A stretch of 64,000 nucleotides of DNA from positions 99,092 to 163,091 of the forward strand of contig JBHLKY010000007.1 of NCBI GenBank assembly GCA_048886185.1, written 5' to 3'. The DNA is from Candidatus Hermodarchaeota archaeon. Its GTDB lineage: Archaea > Asgardarchaeota > Heimdallarchaeia > Hodarchaeales > Hodarchaeaceae. Of the stretch, positions 51,420 to 60,392 are shown in pieces (the first letter of the stretch is position 1; every line of letters starts with the position of its first letter). The translations under genes were made by a program, and so were the position numbers. The notes under the pieces are model-generated. The model was not told where the DNA came from. It searched no databases and worked only from the letters and a program-made list of their open reading frames with translations.

Positions 51420-53435
51420 ATGTTAACAACTCACTCATTTAAGAACTACATCAATCAATTTTATTCAGAATTAGCCCTAATCAGTATAACATTTCTATTT
51501 TTCTTCGAATTAATATCGGATTTCGTAGAGGCAATTTATGCCCTCTGTCTTTTGACTCTATCCCTCAATGAGAACATTCTAAGCATTATTTTTCTCTTTT
51601 CTCCTATACTTCTAGTATTCTTAAGGAAAAACTTTTCAGATAAAATTCTCATTATTGTTGGGGAATTAATGGTTGTTTCTCGAATTCTTGAACCATTATT
51701 AAGCAATTACACACAAATTAGGATGATAGTTGCTGGTTTGGGCGTTGCTTGTTTTCTTATTTTTTTACCGTTATTTCTCTACCGAAAATATGGGTATGAA
51801 GAAGAGCAAAGTGCTATAACAATTGGATTAGGATTGAGTATTGGATTAGCATTATCAATTTTGTTTAGGACAATTGGTTCATCAATTGATATTTCCACTT
51901 ATAGCTGGTTTCAATCGATTGGTTGGATACTGGCAATAGTCGCAGGTATCATGTTTCTTGGCTTGGTAACAAGAGAGCAAAAGGTCGCTAACTCATTAAG
52001 TCTAGGAGACTCTATTAGTATTTGGAGAACAGTAGGGCTCACAATTGGCTTAATTGGAATTCTAATGATGATATATTATACTTTTGCTAGTCCTACTGTC
52101 GTTTCTAGGTGGACTGAAGGGAATTACTTTCTTATTGTCTTCTTAGCTATTATTATGCTTACTCTCTTTGTTGTTATTGTAATAATGAAGCGTGATTTAT
52201 TGAAGAGATTAGATCCTTGGATAATTTGGTTAGGGAATGCCCTTTTTGTTATATCATTAGTCTTAACAATCATGCTAAATCAAACAGATTTTTCAAGAAA
52301 TGCTTATCCAATTGATGCCCTTCCGACAACAATACTAAATCATATACCACTAATCTTGATGATATTTCTTTTCCCAATAATCTTAGTTGATTTTATGTTA
52401 ATCTCTCGTGAGGTAATAATTAACAAACCAACATTGGGGAAATTAGCTGTGGGTTTCGCTCTCGCATCGATGTTTTTCTTACTTATGATCTTTGCACATG
52501 TTTTTACGACAGTTTATGACTACATTGATGTTGTTGGCCCTTTTTTTCGTGACATGTTTTGGTTTGTGTATTTAATCGGGGGATTGAGTGTTGCCTTACC
52601 AGTATTTTTTGTGAGAAGGGGAGCTTTCATTTTCGATCCATTCGTTCTCGAATTCCGATCCAAGATAGTTGCTATAGTTATTATGACCATTACAATAGGA
52701 ACTATTTTTGCTGCGTTTCTAACCGCCCCCACGCCTCCTACTCTTGGAGAAACCCCCTCAATAACTGTTTTGACTTATAATATTCAACAAGGATATAGCG
52801 AAGATGGCATTAAAAATATTGATGGTCAATTACACGTAATTAAAGCAATTAATCCTGATATTATTGGATTACAGGAATGTGATACAGCTAGGATTGCTAA
52901 TGGAAACATGGATGTCGTTAGATATTTTGCTAATAATCTGAATATGTATTCTTATTATGGTCCGAAGACAGTTACGGGAACATTTGGGATTGCATTACTC
53001 TCAAAATATCCAATCATGAATCCTAATACTTTTTTCATGTCTAGTGAAGGTGAACAGGCAGCAACCATTACAGCACAAATCAAAGTGGGTACGATTCTTT
53101 TGAATGCATTTGTGACACATCTTGGTAATGGTGGCCCCCTTGTGCAACAAGAAGAAATACTTGATCGGATCGAAGGAAAAAACAATCTAATTCTGATAGG
53201 TGATTTTAATTTTAGACCAGGTACTATCCAGTATAATAAAACCATGAGTAATTTAAATGATTCATGGTTAATCTCACAGACTTCAAATCTAGAATATTTG
53301 GATGATATTGAATACAACATTAATCGAAGGATAGATCACATCTTTGTATCTTTCGGAGTAGCTGTTTCCGAATGTGAATATATTGTAAGTAAAGAATCAG
53401 ACCACCCAGCAGTTTGGGCTGAAATCATACTATAG
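51420..53435 (+). CDS. membrane-anchored endonuclease/exonuclease/phosphatase (EEP) family protein
   Basis: 671 aa. It has an about 440-aa polytopic N-terminal domain. The C-terminal EEP motifs are LTYNIQ, GLQECD, GDFNFRPG and SDHPAVWAEI. Confidence 0.7.
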   Translation: MLTTHSFKNYINQFYSELALISITFLFFFELISDFVEAIYALCLLTLSLNENILSIIFLFSPILLVFLRKNFSDKILIIVGELMVVSRILEPLLSNYTQIRMIVAGLGVACFLIFLPLFLYRKYGYEEEQSAITIGLGLSIGLALSILFRTIGSSIDISTYSWFQSIGWILAIVAGIMFLGLVTREQKVANSLSLGDSISIWRTVGLTIGLIGILMMIYYTFASPTVVSRWTEGNYFLIVFLAIIMLTLFVVIVIMKRDLLKRLDPWIIWLGNALFVISLVLTIMLNQTDFSRNAYPIDALPTTILNHIPLILMIFLFPIILVDFMLISREVIINKPTLGKLAVGFALASMFFLLMIFAHVFTTVYDYIDVVGPFFRDMFWFVYLIGGLSVALPVFFVRRGAFIFDPFVLEFRSKIVAIVIMTITIGTIFAAFLTAPTPPTLGETPSITVLTYNIQQGYSEDGIKNIDGQLHVIKAINPDIIGLQECDTARIANGNMDVVRYFANNLNMYSYYGPKTVTGTFGIALLSKYPIMNPNTFFMSSEGEQAATITAQIKVGTILLNAFVTHLGNGGPLVQQEEILDRIEGKNNLILIGDFNFRPGTIQYNKTMSNLNDSWLISQTSNLEYLDDIEYNINRRIDHIFVSFGVAVSECEYIVSKESDHPAVWAEIIL

Positions 53436-53505
53436 GAATAATCAAAGAGAATTAAAAGAAACAGAAACAAGATTTTGAATAATAATAACGAATGGAGACT
53501 CACTT

Positions 53506-54405
53506 TTGTCTTTGAGGACAAAATCAATGTCTGATTATGGTTGTCAGTCAATGATAGGAAAAATGAGAAGGGTGTTGATTAAAACTCCAAAAGATGCTTT
53601 TATTAGTCAAGATTACTTGTATAAAAACTGGAATGATTATAACTACTTATCCTGTCCCAGTTACGAGAAAGCATTAAAGGAATATGAAGCTTTTGAAGGA
53701 ATACTAAAGGAGTTTGTACCAGTGATAAACTATCTACCTTATGACCCAGAAGTTGGTTTGGATTCGATATTTACTCACGATCCAGTGAAGATCACAAAAA
53801 AGGGGGCGATCTTACTAAATATGGGTAAAAGAGGACGAATGAATGAGCCTTATGTAATAAATAAAATACTAGAAAAATTAGGCATTCCTATTCTTGGTTC
53901 AATAACAGGAAAAGGGACAGTTGAGGGGGGAGATTTATTGTGGTTAGACGAGAAAACACTAGCTATAGGGAGAGGATATCGGACGAATGATGAGGGTATC
54001 ATACAAATAAAAGAAATCACAGCAAATATTGTAGAGAAATATGTGATTGTGCCTTTACCCCATGGAGATGGTCCAGAAGCATGTCTTCATCTGATGTCCA
54101 TAATAAGTATGATTGCTGAAGACTTGGCAGTAATTTACTCTAAATTCATGCCTGTTCAATTTCGTGAATTATTGATTACATGGGGGATAAAATTACTCGA
54201 AGTTCCTGAAAAAGAATTTTACACATTAGGATCCAATGTACTAGCTATTGAACCTAGAAAGTGTATTATGGTTGCAGGTAATCATAAAACAAAGAAATTA
54301 CTCGAAAATGAGGGTGTTGATGTATTTGAGTATGAGGGAGAAGAAATATCACTCAAAGGTTCAGGGGGACCAACTTGTTTAACCTGCCCTATCGTTCGGA
54401 AGTGA
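53506..54405 (+). CDS. amidinotransferase-superfamily hydrolase (dimethylarginine dimethylaminohydrolase/arginine deiminase-like)
   Basis: 299 aa. GTVEGGD, RTNDEG and LHLM are present, and the C-terminal GSGGPTCLTCPIV carries the catalytic Cys. The arrangement is colinear with DDAH. Confidence 0.65.
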   Translation: MSLRTKSMSDYGCQSMIGKMRRVLIKTPKDAFISQDYLYKNWNDYNYLSCPSYEKALKEYEAFEGILKEFVPVINYLPYDPEVGLDSIFTHDPVKITKKGAILLNMGKRGRMNEPYVINKILEKLGIPILGSITGKGTVEGGDLLWLDEKTLAIGRGYRTNDEGIIQIKEITANIVEKYVIVPLPHGDGPEACLHLMSIISMIAEDLAVIYSKFMPVQFRELLITWGIKLLEVPEKEFYTLGSNVLAIEPRKCIMVAGNHKTKKLLENEGVDVFEYEGEEISLKGSGGPTCLTCPIVRK

Positions 54406-54556
54406 ATTAACCAAACTATTCAGAAAAATAGCTTTTTCAAATCTCATTAATCGTTTCTCATCTTCTTGTATTGTACATCATACTTTTCTTATATAAAGAA
54501 GAAAAAACCATAAAAGATTGAATTCAATTCTTCTGCAATAAACTTGGTAGATAAGC

Positions 54557-54967
54557 ATGAGTAAATGTATATTTTGTAAGATTGTCAGTGGTGTGGAACC
54601 TGGGATTTTTATTTATGAAGACAAAAAAACATTGGCAATTTTAGATATTTACCCAATATCTAGAGGGCATACACTTGTTATTCCTAAAAAACATTCACGA
54701 AATCTCTTTGACATTCAAGATGATGATGTCGCAGCGATTGGAATAACAATTAGGCGTGTAGCTAATGTATTGAAACAAGTTCTCCAATGTGATGGAATTA
54801 ATATTCTTCAGGGAAATGAAAGAGCTGCATTGCAAGAAATCTTTCACACACATTTTCATGTCTTACCACGGTGGTTTAATGATAAAATTATCTTTGGAGC
54901 ACAGCGAGAACGACTTAAGGAAGATCCTGTATTGATATCACAACTAAAACAGGGATTTTCTAAATAA
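54557..54967 (+). CDS. HIT (histidine triad) family nucleotide hydrolase/transferase
   Basis: 136 aa. It has the N-terminal CIFCKIV and the HTHFHVLPR (HxHxHxx) motif. Confidence 0.85.
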   Translation: MSKCIFCKIVSGVEPGIFIYEDKKTLAILDIYPISRGHTLVIPKKHSRNLFDIQDDDVAAIGITIRRVANVLKQVLQCDGINILQGNERAALQEIFHTHFHVLPRWFNDKIIFGAQRERLKEDPVLISQLKQGFSK

Positions 54968-56099
54968 TTTAAAGAGGTGTTTTCTTATCTCTGAATTTCA
55001 GAACACAATACTTCATGGAGATGCATTTAAACTCATTGATAAACTTCCAAATGACTCAATTGATACTGTAATCACAAGTCCCCCATATTGGCGGCAAGTA
55101 AGATACAGTGAATCTGATAATGAATTAGGCCAGGAAAGCTCTGCTCAAGAATACATAAATAAAATATGTCTTCTCTTCAATAAAATCAAACACAAGCTTA
55201 AGGATCATGGATCACTCTGGGTCAATGTGGCAGACAATTATATAAGCAATAAAACGAAAAATATCCATTCCCTGAGTCTAGCAGCAATCCCTGAGCTTTT
55301 TAAATCGACCATGATTTACACTTATTCTTGGATCTGTCGAAACGACATTATCTGGTATAAACCAAACGCTAGACCGAGTGGTGGAGTTTCAAGTCGGTTC
55401 GGAGTTGATTATGAGCACATTTTTTGGTTTGTGAAGAGTCCATATTATTATTTTGTTACTCAACGTCTTCCTCATGAATGGATTGAAAAAGATAATCTTT
55501 CTCTGATAGGAAAATCAAGTAAAGCTGATCTTCTCGAGCATAATGAAAAGAAAACTGTTGGGATGCATGAAGCATTAAGCTTACGGGGGAAACCACGGAC
55601 AAAAAGATATCATCCATTGGGGAAATTGATGCGTAGTGTGTGGCCCATTGAGATTGAAAATGGCGAACTACCATTTATTATCTATCCTACCATCTGGATG
55701 ATAAACACAACTGGATATTCAGGAAAACATTTTGCTCCTTTTCCCTCTCAACTTGTACATCGTGTTTTAACCACTACCTGCCCCAGAAGAGTATGCAATC
55801 TTTGTGGGAAACCTATATTCGATCCGTTAGTTAAGGCTTATTATCCTAAAACGACTAAGAGAATCCTTTGCACTTGTGGAACAGTTTTGGAGTCGGAAGA
55901 GTCGAACCCAGGTTGTGTTTATGATCCCCTTGCAGGAACTGGGACAGTAGCTAAAGCAGCTATTGAATGTGGTAGGAATTTTATTGTTAGTGAGATACTT
56001 CAAGATAACATTAAGCAAATTCATGACAGAATAAAGACCGCTGAATTTAAAGACTTCTATATAATGGAATTTTTAGATTATTCAGATAAATTGAAGTAG
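54948..56099 (+). CDS. DNA methyltransferase, beta-class N6_N4_Mtase (SPPY motif IV, probably N4-cytosine); initiation codon unresolved
   Basis: The frame is open from 54948 and encodes ...ILHGDAFKLIDKLPNDSIDTVITSPPYW...NDIIWYKPNA...VYDPLAGTGTVAKAAIECGRNFIVSE. The first ATG/GTG/TTG in frame is the GTG at 55227, which lies after the catalytic SPPY. The frame overlaps the HIT gene by 20 nt in the +1 frame. Confidence 0.7.
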   Translation, partial: NRDFLNNLKRCFLISEFQNTILHGDAFKLIDKLPNDSIDTVITSPPYWRQVRYSESDNELGQESSAQEYINKICLLFNKIKHKLKDHGSLWVNVADNYISNKTKNIHSLSLAAIPELFKSTMIYTYSWICRNDIIWYKPNARPSGGVSSRFGVDYEHIFWFVKSPYYYFVTQRLPHEWIEKDNLSLIGKSSKADLLEHNEKKTVGMHEALSLRGKPRTKRYHPLGKLMRSVWPIEIENGELPFIIYPTIWMINTTGYSGKHFAPFPSQLVHRVLTTTCPRRVCNLCGKPIFDPLVKAYYPKTTKRILCTCGTVLESEESNPGCVYDPLAGTGTVAKAAIECGRNFIVSEILQDNIKQIHDRIKTAEFKDFYIMEFLDYSDKLK

Positions 56100-56132
56100 A
56101 ATTAATTGTTATAACCTGCAAATAAAAATGAT

Positions 56133-56582
56133 ATGGTAAGAATTATGTCAACTCAAAAAGGAAAATTCACAATTGGGATCGGTGCCATAATTGAACATTC
56201 TCAAACAGGTAAAATTCTTCTTCTCCATAGAATATCTTCAATGGATTTTGCAGCAAATCAATGGGATGATGTTGGCGGCAGAATGAGGCAATTTGAAACT
56301 CCAGAGGAGACTTTACGAAGAGAAGTGAACGAGGAGACTGGAATAAGAAGTTTTGAAGTCGTAAAACCAATAGATGTGTCACATTACTTTCGTGGAGGGG
56401 AAACTGCTGATAACGAAATGATAGTCATAACTTTCTGGTGTAAAACATCATCTAATAAAATCATTCTCTCTCCTGAACATGATGACTATCGCTGGGTGCT
56501 CCCAGAAGAGGCATTGTTCTTGATTGATGATCCTCCTCTAAAGCGGAATATCCAGAGATTCATTGATGAAAAAAATGCATAA
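56133..56582 (+). CDS. NUDIX hydrolase
   Basis: 149 aa. It has the Nudix box GGRMRQFETPEETLRREVNEETGI (Gx5Ex7REUxEExGU). Confidence 0.8.
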   Translation: MVRIMSTQKGKFTIGIGAIIEHSQTGKILLLHRISSMDFAANQWDDVGGRMRQFETPEETLRREVNEETGIRSFEVVKPIDVSHYFRGGETADNEMIVITFWCKTSSNKIILSPEHDDYRWVLPEEALFLIDDPPLKRNIQRFIDEKNA

Positions 56583-56599
56583 AAATCAGCCTTTCATCT

Positions 56600-57577
56600 T
56601 CAGATCTGCGTGTTTTTCCATATTACTCTATAACCACCGATTAATAATCCTCCTATAATAAATAGTACAATTGTGGGAATAACTAATGCTCCAGCTAATC
56701 CCGTGAGATCAAGAACTATTCCTTCTGGTTTTGAGGAATAATAGAGAACGCTATTTTCCCCCGTTAACATGTACGAGAAGACTGAAAGGACAGTGAAAAA
56801 ATCAAGATACATTACTAGCTCAAAAGCTTCTGTTTGACCAATAAGGGATTGCACAATTATTGTACTAGATAGAAAAAACATGAATGATAATAAACCTGCA
56901 TACAATCTTCTTTGGGTCAGAGAAGAAAACACAAGTATAATGCTTGAGAGAACTATTGTTAAAATCTCAGTAAAAAAGACAACTCCACAAAGGACTGGAA
57001 AAGCTACAAGGATATCGACTGAACTTCCAATGCCTATAATCAATAAGACCCATTCAATGACACAAGGTAATGTATAGAAAAGATTACCGAAAATAAGAAG
57101 AGAACCATATTTTCCGAATAGATATTCATATCTACTTACTTTTGAATCATAAATCTCCGAAACCTTATATCGAAGATCATCCGATATTAGCCCAGCTCCC
57201 ATGATTACTACCCCAATCAACATCAAAATCGAGAATCCTGTGTCGAAAGTTGGATCTGTTTCGTCAGGAGCCGTTATCATTACTTGGAATCGGGCGAAAT
57301 TGCGAACTGTACTCCATAAGTGATCCTCTAAAATCTCATTGGACGTTTGTGTCTCTAGTTGAGTGTCTAATCCTACAAAAAGAAACATATTGGGAATGAT
57401 TAGTATAAAAAGAGTAACAATGATTAGTATCTTGATAATTCGTGAACGATGCCATTGATGGATCATATTAAACCATGAGATTGACCATATTCGCCATAGT
57501 CTTCCTCTATGTGTCCCCTCAAATGAACGAAATCCAAACCTTCTAACATATGCCTTTTCATTCACCTTAAACACCAT
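56600..57577 (-). CDS. hypothetical polytopic membrane protein
   Basis: 325 aa with about 7 TM helices. I recognise no family. Confidence 0.4.
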   Translation of the reverse strand: MVFKVNEKAYVRRFGFRSFEGTHRGRLWRIWSISWFNMIHQWHRSRIIKILIIVTLFILIIPNMFLFVGLDTQLETQTSNEILEDHLWSTVRNFARFQVMITAPDETDPTFDTGFSILMLIGVVIMGAGLISDDLRYKVSEIYDSKVSRYEYLFGKYGSLLIFGNLFYTLPCVIEWVLLIIGIGSSVDILVAFPVLCGVVFFTEILTIVLSSIILVFSSLTQRRLYAGLLSFMFFLSSTIIVQSLIGQTEAFELVMYLDFFTVLSVFSYMLTGENSVLYYSSKPEGIVLDLTGLAGALVIPTIVLFIIGGLLIGGYRVIWKNTQI

Positions 57578-57673
57578 AAAACATGAAAATAATAACTAGG
57601 ATTTATACACTTAACAAATTGGTCTCGTTCAAACTTTTTATTTTATCTACTTAATCTATTTAAAAAGATGTGA

Positions 57674-58264
57674 TTGGGGATGCATATGGTACAAGATCAA
57701 ACAATAATTGAAGAATGGACCGATATAGAGCCCCCAGTACCACCAGAACTTGAAGAAGTGACTGTTGATGTGGATTCAACAGCGCTACTTGTATTAGATT
57801 TTCAATATTTAAATTGCAATCAGGAAAGAAGGCCTAGATGTGTATCTAGTCTCCCTAAAGTACATAAATTGATCTCGAATGCAAGGGAGAAGGATTTGTT
57901 TATCGTTTATGCACTAATAAGGTCTTCAGCTGTTGAAGATATTCGTGAAGAAGTCAAACCACGAGGAGATGAACCAATAGTAAAAGCAGGGGTAGATAAA
58001 TTCTATAAAACTGACTTAGAAGAGATTTTGAAGACGAAAAATATCTCAAAAATCATTATTGTTGGAACATCTGCTCATGGTGCTGTATTACATACTGCTG
58101 TTGGGGCAGCACAGAGACAGCTAGAAGTAATCGTTCCAATTGATGGAATCTCTGCAAGTGAGGTCTACGCAGAACAATATACTATCTGGCATTTAGCGAA
58201 TTCTCCAGGAACCAGACGAAGTGTGACATTGACAAAGTGTGATATGATTAAATTCCCCTTGTGA
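57674..58264 (+). CDS. isochorismatase-family cysteine hydrolase
   Basis: 196 aa. It has the ALLVLDFQ (D) motif, the K, and IIVGTSAHGAVLHTA, the Cys-equivalent region. Confidence 0.65.
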   Translation: MGMHMVQDQTIIEEWTDIEPPVPPELEEVTVDVDSTALLVLDFQYLNCNQERRPRCVSSLPKVHKLISNAREKDLFIVYALIRSSAVEDIREEVKPRGDEPIVKAGVDKFYKTDLEEILKTKNISKIIIVGTSAHGAVLHTAVGAAQRQLEVIVPIDGISASEVYAEQYTIWHLANSPGTRRSVTLTKCDMIKFPL

Positions 58265-58273
58265 GATAAAACA

Positions 58274-59374
58274 ATGGAATTAAAACATCTCTTCAGTCCT
58301 CATAAAATAGGAAAAGTCCGAATAAATAATAGAATCATAAGATCAGCTACGGCAGAAAACATGGCAGAAAACGGGCACCCTAGTGATCAGCTCATTAATC
58401 TCTATACTGAGCTAGCAGAAGGGGGAGTTGGATTAATTATCACAGGAGGTATTGCAGTTGATCCTTCAAGCACTTTTTCAAAGAAAGGAACCAGTTTACA
58501 TAGTGATGAATTTATTTCCAGTCATCGGAATTTAGTTGATATTATTCATAATTTTGATACAAGAATTGCGGCTCAAATTGGTCACACAGGTCGTCAAAGT
58601 TCGAATCGAAGATATGAGGCGGTCGCACCGTCTTCGATACAATATCCTATAACCAAACGAGTTCCACGGGCACTAACAACTGAAGAAATCATTAATGTTA
58701 TCATACCCTCATTTGTTAATAGTGGTCGAAGAGCTTTTGAAAGTGGTTATGATATGGTACAATTACACGCTGCTCATGGATATTTATTGGGGAGTTTTCT
58801 GACACCTTATACTAATCGACGAGCAGACGAATTCGGAGGCAGCATCGCTAATCGTGCAAAAATCTTGGTAGATGTATATAATGGTCTCAGGGATGAAGTA
58901 GGGAAGGAGTTTCCAATTATTATTAAATTACAAACCCATGATGGGGATTTAGTTGGAGGATTACGCCTTGAAGAGGGATTAAAAATTGCTAAAATAATAT
59001 TAAAAACAGGATTTGACGCTATAGAACCTAGTGGGGGTGGTGGGGATCTTTTTGAAGCTGATAGGTGGTTTCCAAGTGTCCAAATTGAATCTCCTATAGA
59101 CGAAAACTATTTTCTACCAGTAGTGAAAGAAATTCGTACATTTAGCAATGATTGTACGCTTATTCTTATGGGCGGAATTAGAAATCCTTTACTAGCAGAA
59201 AGTTTCGTTCAAAAAGGGATAACGGATTTCATATCAATGAGTAGACCCTTAATTTGTGAACCAGATCTCGTCAATCGGTGGAAGAGTGGTGATCACTCCC
59301 CAGCTCTTTGCGAAAGTTGTAATTCTTGTTCTTTCTCTATAATCAATGGCCCCCTAGAATGTATTCTTAACTGA
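58274..59374 (+). CDS. Old Yellow Enzyme family NAD(P)H:flavin oxidoreductase
   Basis: 366 aa. It has the N-terminal LFSPHKIGKVRINNRIIRSA, HAAHGYLLGSFLTPYTNRRADEFGGS, and the C-terminal ISMSRPLICEPDL. Confidence 0.8.
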   Translation: MELKHLFSPHKIGKVRINNRIIRSATAENMAENGHPSDQLINLYTELAEGGVGLIITGGIAVDPSSTFSKKGTSLHSDEFISSHRNLVDIIHNFDTRIAAQIGHTGRQSSNRRYEAVAPSSIQYPITKRVPRALTTEEIINVIIPSFVNSGRRAFESGYDMVQLHAAHGYLLGSFLTPYTNRRADEFGGSIANRAKILVDVYNGLRDEVGKEFPIIIKLQTHDGDLVGGLRLEEGLKIAKIILKTGFDAIEPSGGGGDLFEADRWFPSVQIESPIDENYFLPVVKEIRTFSNDCTLILMGGIRNPLLAESFVQKGITDFISMSRPLICEPDLVNRWKSGDHSPALCESCNSCSFSIINGPLECILN

Positions 59375-59490
59375 AAAGATGAAGTATTATATTTCATTAA
59401 ATCAATAATAATTAAATAAATGTAAACAATATTAGAATCCATTTTGACTCACCCATTATAGACTATTCATGAAAAGGACCTGATTTCCAA

Positions 59491-60276
59491 ATGAAAATCC
59501 TTCCAGTTGAACTCTCTCTCATTCAAGACATTATTGTCATAATTATCTCATTTATCATCAGTATACTGTTCTTCTATTTCACTGATTGGATAAAAAAGAA
59601 AGAGATTGCCTCGCAATACTTCACTCGTAAACTGATACACCTTGCTTTAGCCCCAATTTTTTTATTCACCTTTCTATTCTATTCAGGGGAATGGTTTAGT
59701 CCTTGGATCGCCGTTATAATTCCTATCATTTATTTCATTGCAATTCTTTTGATTAATTTTGACATTATAAAATTAAGCCAGCTAACAACAACAATGAGTC
59801 GTTCTGGCGACCCACGTGAACTTCTCCGTGGTATCGCTTACTATCTGGTTGTCGTGATCGTTGTTTGCATTATCGGGTGGACATCTTACCCTCTTATGAC
59901 ATGGTATAGCCCATTATCCATTTTTGTAATTACTATCCTAGCAATAGGAGATGGATTCGCGGACATTATTGGTCGCAAAGTAGATCGGTTAAAATTTAGA
60001 ATTTTCGCTGATAAATCCATCCCTGGATCCCTAGCAATGTTTTTCTCTTCCCTTGCTGGTTGTCTGGCATTTCTAGCTGTTTTTGGCTACAATGTCCTAA
60101 CTATGACTTTTCTTACTGTTTTAATTGTATTAATTGCTACAATCGTTGAGGCATTTTCTCTTGGTGACTTGGATAATATAACGGTTCCCCTCAGTACCCT
60201 TATTGCTTTTTTAATACTGTCTCCAATTCTTGTACCTTCAGCTGAATGGTCTTTGTTATCATTACCTCTACCTTAG
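59491..60276 (+). CDS. CTP-dependent polyprenol kinase / cytidylyltransferase family membrane protein (dolichol/phytol kinase-like)
   Basis: 261 aa. It has RKLIHLALAP, IGDGFADIIGRKV and EAFSLGDLDNITVPL, the conserved motifs of the CdsA/DolK/VTE5 family. Confidence 0.5.
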   Translation: MKILPVELSLIQDIIVIIISFIISILFFYFTDWIKKKEIASQYFTRKLIHLALAPIFLFTFLFYSGEWFSPWIAVIIPIIYFIAILLINFDIIKLSQLTTTMSRSGDPRELLRGIAYYLVVVIVVCIIGWTSYPLMTWYSPLSIFVITILAIGDGFADIIGRKVDRLKFRIFADKSIPGSLAMFFSSLAGCLAFLAVFGYNVLTMTFLTVLIVLIATIVEAFSLGDLDNITVPLSTLIAFLILSPILVPSAEWSLLSLPLP

Positions 60277-60392
60277 TGATTAGCGTTATTACTACCTATT
60301 AGTCTTTCTTAGAGTTACAACTTTTCGAAGTCAGAAGCATTCTGCTTTTTATTTTCTCATGAAATCGATCAAATGTGTGGAATGGATAATCT

